A stretch of DNA of 64,000 bases, taken from NCBI GenBank assembly GCA_964653595.1, contig CAZZHH010000009.1:3506-67505 (forward strand), given 5' to 3'. Below the pieces are notes generated by a model that saw only the letters and a program-made list of their open reading frames with translations, was not told the DNA's origin and made no database searches. The position numbers were made by a program, and so were the translations under genes. The DNA is from an uncultured Lentimicrobiaceae bacterium (GTDB lineage Bacteria > Bacteroidota > Bacteroidia > Bacteroidales > WCHB1-69). Shown here one piece after another: positions 56,147-64,000 of this stretch. Every line of letters starts with the position of its first letter. Positions within the stretch are counted from its first letter, which is position 1.

Positions 56147-57940
56147 ATGGCACAATACAAGTATCACATATTGATTTGCGGGGGCACAGGATGTAAAGCC
56201 TCACAAAGTGATGAAATTAAATCTGAATTTATTAAAATTATCGAAGAAAAAGGCTTAGATAATGACATTCAAGTAATTTTAACCGGATGTTTCGGTTTTT
56301 GTGAAAAAGGGCCCATTGTAAAAATGATGCCCGACAACACATTCTACACACAGGTAACCCCTAAAGATTGCCTCGAGATTGTAGAAGAGCATTTAATCAA
56401 AGGGAGAAAAGTAAATCGTTTACTATACCTGAATCCTGAAAATAAAGAGCACATTGCAGATTCCAAACATATGGGATTTTACAAAAAGCAAATTAGAATA
56501 GCTTTACGCAACTGTGGTTTTATCAATCCTGAAGACGTTAATGAGTACATTTCTCGTGATGGTTATCAAGCACTTGCTTCTGTATTAGCTAATAAAGATC
56601 CTCAACAAACGATTGATGTCATCAAAAAATCAGGTCTTCGTGGCCGTGGCGGTGGTGGTTTCCCTACTGGTTTGAAATGGGAATTTGCAGCTAAAAACAA
56701 AGGAGATCAAAAATATGTAGTATGTAATGCAGACGAAGGAGATCCAGGTGCATTTATGGATAGATCTATCCTTGAAGGAGATCCACATTCTGTATTAGAA
56801 GCTATGACAATCAATGGTTATTGCATTGGAGCTTCTATTGGAGTAATCTACATTCGTGCAGAGTACCCATTAGCGATTGAGCGTTTAAAAATTGCAATTT
56901 CCCAAGCACAAGCACTAGGCCTTTTAGGTAAGGACATTTTGGGATCGGGTTTCGATTTTAATATTGAATTGCGTTATGGTGCAGGAGCGTTTGTATGTGG
57001 AGAAGAAACTGCATTAATTCACTCTATGGAAGGATTGCGTGGAGAGCCTACATTCAAACCACCTTTTCCAGCAGAAAGTGGCTATAACAGTAAACCTACC
57101 AACGTAAATAATGTTGAAACCTACGCAAATATACCTGCTATTATATTAAAAGGAGCAGAGTGGTTTTCATCCATCGGAAGTGAAAAATCAAAAGGAACAA
57201 AAGTTTTTGCATTAGCTGGAAAGATCAACAACGTTGGTTTGATTGAAGTTCCTATGGGTATCACTCTTCGCGAAATTATCTTCGAAATTGGTGGTGGCAT
57301 CAAAGATGGCAAAAAATTCAAAGCGGTTCAAACTGGTGGTCCTTCAGGAGGTTGCTTAACCGAAGCGCACCTTGATACCCCAATCGATTATGACAATCTA
57401 ATTGCAGCTGGTTCTATGATGGGATCTGGTGGTATGATTGTAATGGATGAAGACGACTGTATGGTTTCCATCGCTAAATTTTATTTGGAATTTACCGTAG
57501 AAGAATCTTGCGGAAAATGTACCCCATGTCGTATTGGAAACAAACGTTTACATGAGGTTTTAGACAAGATTACCAAGGGTAATGGAACAATGGATGACTT
57601 AGAAAACCTTAAAAACTTAAGTACAGTAATTAAAGAAACAGCACTTTGTGGATTAGGACAAACTTCTCCAAACCCTGTTCTTTCAACTATTGATAATTTT
57701 TGGGATGAGTATGTAGCTCACGTTGTTGACAAAAAATGTCCAGCTGGTCAATGTCGCGATCTTATGAGCTATGTAATTACACCAGAAGCTTGTGTTGGTT
57801 GTACAGCTTGTGCTCGTAACTGTCCTGTCAACGCTATTGAAGGAGAACGCAAACAAGTTCATTCAATACGTCAAGATATCTGTATCAAGTGTGGTGCATG
57901 TTACGAAAAATGTAAGTTTAATGCAATTTTCATTAAATAA
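56147..57940 (+). CDS. hydB: NuoF-like flavoprotein subunit of bifurcating [FeFe] hydrogenase
   Basis: 597 aa. N-terminal 2Fe-2S domain, GLRGRGGGGFPTGLKW (FMN/NADH site), ESCGKCTPCR, and two C-terminal 4Fe-4S motifs. Confidence 0.9.
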   Translation: MAQYKYHILICGGTGCKASQSDEIKSEFIKIIEEKGLDNDIQVILTGCFGFCEKGPIVKMMPDNTFYTQVTPKDCLEIVEEHLIKGRKVNRLLYLNPENKEHIADSKHMGFYKKQIRIALRNCGFINPEDVNEYISRDGYQALASVLANKDPQQTIDVIKKSGLRGRGGGGFPTGLKWEFAAKNKGDQKYVVCNADEGDPGAFMDRSILEGDPHSVLEAMTINGYCIGASIGVIYIRAEYPLAIERLKIAISQAQALGLLGKDILGSGFDFNIELRYGAGAFVCGEETALIHSMEGLRGEPTFKPPFPAESGYNSKPTNVNNVETYANIPAIILKGAEWFSSIGSEKSKGTKVFALAGKINNVGLIEVPMGITLREIIFEIGGGIKDGKKFKAVQTGGPSGGCLTEAHLDTPIDYDNLIAAGSMMGSGGMIVMDEDDCMVSIAKFYLEFTVEESCGKCTPCRIGNKRLHEVLDKITKGNGTMDDLENLKNLSTVIKETALCGLGQTSPNPVLSTIDNFWDEYVAHVVDKKCPAGQCRDLMSYVITPEACVGCTACARNCPVNAIEGERKQVHSIRQDICIKCGACYEKCKFNAIFIK

Positions 57941-57961
57941 TCAGAAGGAGTTATATAGAAT

Positions 57962-59740
57962 ATGGAACTTATCAAATTAATAATAGATAATAAAGCGATT
58001 GAGGTAGCCAAGGGAACAACTATCCTAAAAGCCGCTCGTCAGAATGGGATCGAAATTCCAACAATGTGTTTTTTCGAACTCGAGGACTTAAAAATTCAAA
58101 ACAAACCTGGTGGATGCCGTATTTGTGTGGTTGAAGTGGTAGGTCGTAAGAACTTAGCACCTGCATGTGCTACCGATTGTGCAGAAGGCATGGTAGTTAA
58201 CACTCACACAATGAGAGTGATAAACGCAAGAAGAACCGTATTAGAATTGATGTTATCCGATCACCCTTTTGACTGTTTAATCTGTCCTAAGAATGGTCGT
58301 TGTGATCTTCAAGATATGGCTCAAAAATTTGGGGTACGTGAAATCCCTTTCCAAGGCGAACAATCTACTTACATCAAAGACATATCACCTTCCATCATTC
58401 GTGATGTGGATAAATGTATCATGTGTCGTCGTTGCGAAATGATGTGTAACGAGTTTCAAACAGTAGGTGCATTATCTGCTATCAACAGAGGATTTGAAGC
58501 AGTGGTAGCACCAGCATTTCAGCAAAAATTAGAGCACTCTTCTTGTACATTCTGTGGACAGTGTGTTGCAGTTTGTCCAGTTGGCGCTCTAACCGAAGTG
58601 GATAACACTGGTAAAGTAATTCGTGCAATAGCAGATCCTACCAAAACAGTAGTAGTACAAGTGGCACCTGCAGTACGTGTTGCATTAGGTGAAGAGTTTG
58701 GTTTAAAACCAGGTTCTATCGTTACCGGACAATTGGCAGCATCCTTAAGAAGATTGGGATTTGACTATGTATTTGATACCGATTGGGCAGCTGATTTAAC
58801 TATTTGGGAAGAGGGTGCAGAATTATTAGACCGTTTAACTAGATTTTTAAATGGAGATAAATCGGTGAAATTGCCAATCATGACCTCTTGCTGTCCTGCA
58901 TGGGTTAAATTTTTTGAGCATAACTTCCCTAACATGATGGATATTCCATCTACAGCGAAGTCTCCTCAACAAATGTTTGGAGCAATGGCAAAAACTTATC
59001 TAGCAGATAAATTAAAGATAAAACGCGATGAGATGGTAGTAGTTTCTGTAATGCCTTGCGTTGCTAAGAAATACGAATCTTCCCGTGATGAGTTTAAAAC
59101 AAATGGAAATCCAGATGTAGATTATGCAATCACAACCCGCGAATTAGCTGCATTTATTCGTCAAGCTAACTTAGATTTTACGAATCTACCTGAAGAAGAT
59201 TTCGACTCTCCACTAGGAGAATCTACTGGTGCTGGGGTGATTTTTGGAACAACAGGTGGTGTAATTGAAGCGGCAACTCGTACAGCATATGAAGTATTTA
59301 CCAAAAAGAAACTAGACAAAGTTGATTTCGAAGCATTAAGAGGACTTGATGGTGTTCGTGCGGCAACTGTCGATTTCAACGGCCTACCAATTAACATTGG
59401 GATAGCACATGGATTAGGTAATGCTCGTAAACTACTTGAAGATGTTCGTGATGGCAAATCTACGTTCCATGCAATCGAAATCATGGCTTGTCCTGGTGGT
59501 TGTATCAATGGTGGTGGACAACCTCAACATCATGGCAACATGGATGTGATAAAAGCTCGTTGGGAAGCAATTTATAGAGAAGATGCCGGAAAACCAATCC
59601 GTAAATCTCATGAAAACCCTGATGTAATTCGTTTATACGAAGAGTTTTTAGGCAAACCATTAGGAGAAAAATCACATCATCTACTTCATACTCATTATTT
59701 TGATAGAAGAACAGATATCGAAATTGAATTAGATAAATAA
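57962..59740 (+). CDS. hydA: [FeFe] hydrogenase catalytic subunit, group A (M3 architecture)
   Basis: 592 aa with a complete set of H-cluster motifs (TSCCPAW, MPCVAKKYE, EIMACPGGCINGGGQP) plus N-terminal 2Fe-2S and 4Fe-4S clusters. Confidence 0.92.
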   Translation: MELIKLIIDNKAIEVAKGTTILKAARQNGIEIPTMCFFELEDLKIQNKPGGCRICVVEVVGRKNLAPACATDCAEGMVVNTHTMRVINARRTVLELMLSDHPFDCLICPKNGRCDLQDMAQKFGVREIPFQGEQSTYIKDISPSIIRDVDKCIMCRRCEMMCNEFQTVGALSAINRGFEAVVAPAFQQKLEHSSCTFCGQCVAVCPVGALTEVDNTGKVIRAIADPTKTVVVQVAPAVRVALGEEFGLKPGSIVTGQLAASLRRLGFDYVFDTDWAADLTIWEEGAELLDRLTRFLNGDKSVKLPIMTSCCPAWVKFFEHNFPNMMDIPSTAKSPQQMFGAMAKTYLADKLKIKRDEMVVVSVMPCVAKKYESSRDEFKTNGNPDVDYAITTRELAAFIRQANLDFTNLPEEDFDSPLGESTGAGVIFGTTGGVIEAATRTAYEVFTKKKLDKVDFEALRGLDGVRAATVDFNGLPINIGIAHGLGNARKLLEDVRDGKSTFHAIEIMACPGGCINGGGQPQHHGNMDVIKARWEAIYREDAGKPIRKSHENPDVIRLYEEFLGKPLGEKSHHLLHTHYFDRRTDIEIELDK

Positions 59741-59764
59741 TTAATCAAAAGGAGATTTTATAAA

Positions 59765-60250
59765 ATGTCACATATAAAAATTAAATTAAAAGATCAACAA
59801 GTTCAAGAGTTGAAAGATGTTTGTAAAGCATTTAACAACGAAGCAAGTGAACTGATTAATGTTCTTCACAAAGCACAAGGTATCTTTGGTTATCTTCCTG
59901 CAGAGGTGCAAGAGATTATAGCACATGAATTAAAAATTTCTGTTGCTAAGGTGTTTGGTGTGGTCTCTTTTTACTCATTTTTCACAATGACTCCCAAAGG
60001 TCAACACCCAATTTCTATCTGCTTGGGTACTGCATGCTATGTGCGCGGTGCTGAAAAAGTAATGGATGAATTCAAACGTCAACTTAGCATTGCGAATGGC
60101 GAAACTACTTCGGATGGTAAATTCTCATTGAGTAGCTTACGTTGCGTAGGTGCATGCGGACTTGCTCCGGTAGTATTGGTAGGAGAAAAAGTTTACGGTA
60201 GAGTGTCTCCAGAAGATGTTAAAAAAATTCTGGCTGAGTACAACGACTAA
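59765..60250 (+). CDS. hydC: NuoE-like [2Fe-2S] subunit
   Basis: 161 aa with CLGTACYVRG and CVGACGLAP. Confidence 0.85.
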   Translation: MSHIKIKLKDQQVQELKDVCKAFNNEASELINVLHKAQGIFGYLPAEVQEIIAHELKISVAKVFGVVSFYSFFTMTPKGQHPISICLGTACYVRGAEKVMDEFKRQLSIANGETTSDGKFSLSSLRCVGACGLAPVVLVGEKVYGRVSPEDVKKILAEYND

Positions 60251-60267
60251 TTTTTAATTATACCTAT

Positions 60268-60298
60268 AAAAAAGCGGGACAAAAGTTCCGCTTTTTTT
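60268..60298 (+). terminator. Rho-independent terminator closing the hydrogenase operon
   Basis: AGCGGGA-CAAAAG-TTCCGCT followed by T7. Confidence 0.7.
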
Positions 60299-60414
60299 AT
60301 AAGCATGATATTTATCACTAATCCATAAAAAAACATTAAAAAAATTGACTTTAAGAGTATTTTTTTGTTTATTTGCATTATCAAAAACGTTTTAGTAATA
60401 TAATAATAGGGTTT

Positions 60415-62097
60415 ATGAAAAAAACAAGACAATTTATGATGTTGATAGCAATGATGGCTATTTCAACTACATTATTTGCTCAGTTACCCAATGGTAGCTA
60501 TGCAAAAGACTTTTCCATGAAAAAATTAAAATCGGATGGCACAGCCATTAGCGATACCGTATGTACATTATATGAACATACTAATGCTGGACGACCTGTG
60601 ATAATGGATGTTTCCGCAGTTTGGTGCTCACCTTGTTGGAGTTACCACTCAAGTGGGGCGTTAGAATCTTTATACGCATCTTATGGGCCGAGTGGTGATA
60701 ATTCGTTAATGGTTTATTTTGTAGAAGGTGATGAAGGTTCTATTGCACAGTTAAATGGGGGGGCTGGATCGCAAGGTAACTGGGTTACAGGAACGTATTA
60801 TCCGATATTGCCTACAATTTCTCCAAATACAACACAAGTATGTACTGATTATTCTATTGGCTATTTCCCAACTGTTTATTTAATCTGCCCTGATAGAACG
60901 GTAACCGAAGTTGGTTCAAAAACAGCAGCTATAATACACACAGCAGCAGTAGCTTGTCCTGTTTTGACAACAAATGTACTAGATGCTAAAATTTTTAAAA
61001 TTAATCAACCGGGAAACTTGGTTTATTGCGGCGAAATTAACCCTAAAGTTTTTATGCAAAATTACGGCACTACAGCAATTTCTTCCGCTACTATAAAAAT
61101 GCAGTTAGATGGTGTTGATGTTATTACGTATAACTGGACAGGAAATATAGAAAGATTAGATGCTGTAGAAGTATCTCTTCCAACTTATTCAAATCCGACA
61201 TTGAGTCAAGGGAATCACACGTTAACTTTTGTTATTGAAAACCCTAACGGTGGTACTGATTTAAATTTAGCTGATAATTCGAAAACAATTACTGTTTTTA
61301 ATATGCTAAATGTTTCTTCGTTGCCAATTGTAGAAAGTTTTGTTAATTCGACATTCCCTTCTCCTGATTGGGGTGTAGATCCTGGATCAGATGGCATGGG
61401 TTGGGCTCGTTCTACTGCTCATAGTGGCTGTGCGAAAATTGCTTTTTATGAGATTAGTAGTAAACAAATTGATTATTTAGTTCTTCCTCCTGTTAACTTG
61501 TCAAGTGTAACATCAATGAATCTTACATTTAAAGTGGCTTATGCCCAATACAGCTCTTCATTCGCTGACAAATTGGAAGTACAAACTTCAACGAATTGTG
61601 GCGCTACTTGGGTTTCCCGTTATACCAAATCGGGATCAACATTGTCAACCTCTACAGCAACCACTTCAGCTTTTACTCCGACAGCCGAAACCCAATGGCG
61701 TCAGGAAACTGTTGATTTGACTTCATTGGCAGGCCAGGCTAAAGTGATGGTTCGCTTTAAAGCCACAAGTGCTTATGGCAACAATGCATACGTAGATGAT
61801 ATCAATTTAGATATTGCAGGTGGTGTTAATTCTAACGAAATGGTTTCTGGAATGTTATTATCTCCAAACCCATCAAACAGCAACACCAATCTTGATTTCT
61901 ATGCACATCAAGCAAACGATGTTTCTATCGTGGTTGTAAACGCAATTGGAGCGGTTGTATATTCTTCTAAAGTAAATGCATCTCAAGGATTTAACACACT
62001 TGTTATTCCTTCCGAAGACTTTAACTCAGGTATCTATTTTGTATCTATCAAAGGAAAAAATAGCAATTCTACTCAAAAGTTGATTATCCAAAAATAA
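60415..62097 (+). CDS. T9SS-sorted surface protein with N-terminal thioredoxin-like domain
   Basis: The track start at 60373 is a TTG; the ATG at 60415 gives MKKTRQFMMLIAMMAISTTLFAQ. CxxC motif in WCSPCW, a central choice-of-anchor-J-like region, and a C-terminal sorting domain (LLSPNPSNSNT ... GIYFVSIKG). Confidence 0.65.
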   Translation: MKKTRQFMMLIAMMAISTTLFAQLPNGSYAKDFSMKKLKSDGTAISDTVCTLYEHTNAGRPVIMDVSAVWCSPCWSYHSSGALESLYASYGPSGDNSLMVYFVEGDEGSIAQLNGGAGSQGNWVTGTYYPILPTISPNTTQVCTDYSIGYFPTVYLICPDRTVTEVGSKTAAIIHTAAVACPVLTTNVLDAKIFKINQPGNLVYCGEINPKVFMQNYGTTAISSATIKMQLDGVDVITYNWTGNIERLDAVEVSLPTYSNPTLSQGNHTLTFVIENPNGGTDLNLADNSKTITVFNMLNVSSLPIVESFVNSTFPSPDWGVDPGSDGMGWARSTAHSGCAKIAFYEISSKQIDYLVLPPVNLSSVTSMNLTFKVAYAQYSSSFADKLEVQTSTNCGATWVSRYTKSGSTLSTSTATTSAFTPTAETQWRQETVDLTSLAGQAKVMVRFKATSAYGNNAYVDDINLDIAGGVNSNEMVSGMLLSPNPSNSNTNLDFYAHQANDVSIVVVNAIGAVVYSSKVNASQGFNTLVIPSEDFNSGIYFVSIKGKNSNSTQKLIIQK

Positions 62098-62115
62098 TCA
62101 TCTACTAGAATATCA

Positions 62116-62150
62116 AAAAAGGTTGCCAAAATTTGGCAACCTTTTTTTTT
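62116..62150 (+). terminator. Rho-independent terminator
   Basis: AAAAAAGGTTGCC-AAAATTT-GGCAACC followed by T9. Confidence 0.8.
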
Positions 62151-62323
62151 ACCAATGTCTATATTTTTTAATCGAGATTTTAAAGAGTTTGAATATTTAA
62201 TCGTTAATATTTTGTCACCTAATTTGAAATTCATAATATAATTTACGATTAACATCGAGATTCTTCTGTTATTAAAATTGAAGCAAAAGACAAATTCTCC
62301 GCCAAAATAGAATTCTAATTAAC

Positions 62324-62367
62324 TTAATAACCCCGTCTCGTTAAAATAAACGAGACGGGGTTATTAA
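62324..62367. repeat. Isolated perfect 19-bp-stem hairpin
   Basis: TTAATAACCCCGTCTCGTT-AAAATA-AACGAGACGGGGTTATTAA. No flanking T or A run. Confidence 0.8.
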
Positions 62368-62611
62368 TATTCGACACTTTCAGCGTCGTAGACTATAAAT
62401 ATTTGAGATTTAGAAATTATAATGCCGATTTAGCAAATGTTTATCTTGGTTTTCAATATATTACAGTTGCTCTAGCGGTACTAGCCAAAATGACATTTTA
62501 ATTTTACTTTTTCAGCTAAAGAGAGGAAGCAAGAACTCAAATAATTTAAGGGTGTAAAGAAGTGTTTCTCCTTTTACAAAGATTCTACTCCCCCAGAAAA
62601 TTGAACTGATC

Positions 62612-62635
62612 CGCAAAAAACCGTTTCAACGGTTT
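62612..62635 (-). terminator. Terminator overlapping the GH2 stop codon
   Basis: Minus strand: AAACCG-TTGAAA-CGGTTT followed by TTTTT. Confidence 0.5.
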
Positions 62636-64000
62636 ACAACATCATATAAGGAAATCCATTTAATGGCAGAAATTGAGAATGGAATATTCTGATTCTTTGA
62701 ATTACATACTATCACCTGGTCGATTCCAGGAATCAAATCAAATCCATTATCGGACAACTCATAGCCATCGATAGTCAGCCACAACCCCTTTACCGGAACA
62801 TCCGAAGAGACGGAAAGAAAAACAAGATTTTCTGAATTGTTGTAATGTTTAAATGAAATAGTTGGTTTTTGGAGTTTCATGTTTTTCGGTTGATCCATGA
62901 AATGTATCTCTGATGACACCACTTCCGATTCCCCTCTTATTAATATAGCAGCCAATACCGAATTTTGAATATTTTCTTTTTTTGAAAAACTTTTTATTGC
63001 TAAAGAAGTATTCGGATTTAGAGTTATCGCTAGGGTATCACAAGCGATTCTTTTACCGGACAGATCTATTTGAGATAAAGCCAATTTTCCATTAAAAGTA
63101 TCCAATCCAATATTTCTCACCCAAATTGATACAGAGTCGGGATGATTGATAAAAGTAGGTCTAACTGGTTGAAACAATCTTTTGGAAGCATAGTAAAGTG
63201 GTTTAGGGTTCCCTTTATAATCGGTTGCTGCCCATGAAATAGAGCTCCAACAGTCGTTGAATTGCCAAAACAGACTACCCATGCAATAGGGAACGCGTTG
63301 AGCGTGAGCCTTTATGGCCTCTCCCATTCCTTCGGCTTGCATAAGCTGACTAATATAAATATAATCTTCCACCGTTTTTGGGTTAGGGTAATCTCTTTGC
63401 ATGTATTCGTCGATGGTTTGAAATCCTTTAGGGTGTTTTTGGTGATTTGCCACCGATGGTTGCTGTAAGCTTAAAACAGGTTCTCCAGCACCAAACTCAA
63501 GCGTTTCTAAACTCGGAAAACCTTGAAATCCGTATTCGCTGACAAACCTACCCACCTTTTTATGATAGCTAGAAAAAGGCTCCATCCCCCACCATACGCC
63601 CCAGTAGTGGACGTCACCAGATTTATAGGCAGTGTCCCTTCCCCATCCGTTGCTCGGAGATGAGGGATGATAATTAAATTGCACTCGTCCATAGGTCTCT
63701 GATAACGCATTAGGAATTACAGTCTCAAAAAGTTTCCGATTTCCGTTCCAAATGGCGAGAGAGTCGTTTGTGGAATATCCCAGTTGTTTTTGCCAACCCC
63801 AATTAAACCATCCTTCATAATTCTCGTTGTTGCCACACCACAGAGTAATAGAAGGGTGCGAAGAGAGACGTTTGGACTGAAATTGAATTTCCTTATACAC
63901 ATTGTTTAAATAAGCTTCATCGCTTGGATACATGGCACAAGCGAACATAGCATCTTGCCAAACCATTATCCCTAAGCTATCGCAAATATCATAAAAGAGA
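62626..64000 (-). CDS. GH2 beta-mannosidase, N-terminal part beyond window edge
   Basis: The frame stays open from the track's Met (63966) to position 64000. LWCGNNENYEGW (acid/base Glu region), SEYGFQGFP (nucleophile Glu) and the C-terminal domains are typical of GH2 beta-mannosidases. Confidence 0.8.
   Translation of the reverse strand, partial: LFYDICDSLGIMVWQDAMFACAMYPSDEAYLNNVYKEIQFQSKRLSSHPSITLWCGNNENYEGWFNWGWQKQLGYSTNDSLAIWNGNRKLFETVIPNALSETYGRVQFNYHPSSPSNGWGRDTAYKSGDVHYWGVWWGMEPFSSYHKKVGRFVSEYGFQGFPSLETLEFGAGEPVLSLQQPSVANHQKHPKGFQTIDEYMQRDYPNPKTVEDYIYISQLMQAEGMGEAIKAHAQRVPYCMGSLFWQFNDCWSSISWAATDYKGNPKPLYYASKRLFQPVRPTFINHPDSVSIWVRNIGLDTFNGKLALSQIDLSGKRIACDTLAITLNPNTSLAIKSFSKKENIQNSVLAAILIRGESEVVSSEIHFMDQPKNMKLQKPTISFKHYNNSENLVFLSVSSDVPVKGLWLTIDGYELSDNGFDLIPGIDQVIVCNSKNQNIPFSISAIKWISLYDVVNR

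Overview
This is a Bacteroidota-type chromosomal segment. Support: T9SS C-terminal sorting domains, TAnnTTTG promoter boxes, GH13/GH92/GH2 glycosidases, and an AT-rich background with some visibly GC-richer genes. About 50 CDS are supported. Left to right: pulA (partial, missing from the ORF track) and glgB; a four-gene Spt / acyltransferase / SDR / PAP2 lipid cluster; C69 dipeptidase, dGTPase, DEAD-box helicase; a GIY-YIG ORF embedded in palindromic repeats; DUF4105; serC and serA separated by repeat elements; an IS200-like Y1 transposase between two ~190-bp direct repeats; DUF4139; a T9SS M6 metalloprotease; RhuM; ftsE and lolD; two four-helix-bundle (23S IVS-type) ORFs; GtrA, a PLP decarboxylase, rarD, a serine peptidase; a doubly disrupted OmpA/TSP3 gene; GH92, M28 peptidase; a Fic cassette; DUF1015; hipBA; prmC; a 2-oxoacid dehydrogenase E2; a 10-gene [FeFe]-hydrogenase locus (HydABC plus DRTGG / GHKL / PHP / hydrogenase-like regulators); a thioredoxin-like T9SS protein; and a partial GH2 beta-mannosidase. 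No rRNA, tRNA or CRISPR array was seen. The most notable points are (1) at least four single-gene accessory ORFs (GIY-YIG, Y1 transposase, four-helix bundle, Fic/RhuM), each bracketed by its own repeat family; (2) the candidate ceramide/sulfonolipid operon; and (3) the putative H2-sensing module upstream of HydABC. All calls come from reading the sequence and recognising motifs; no searches were run.
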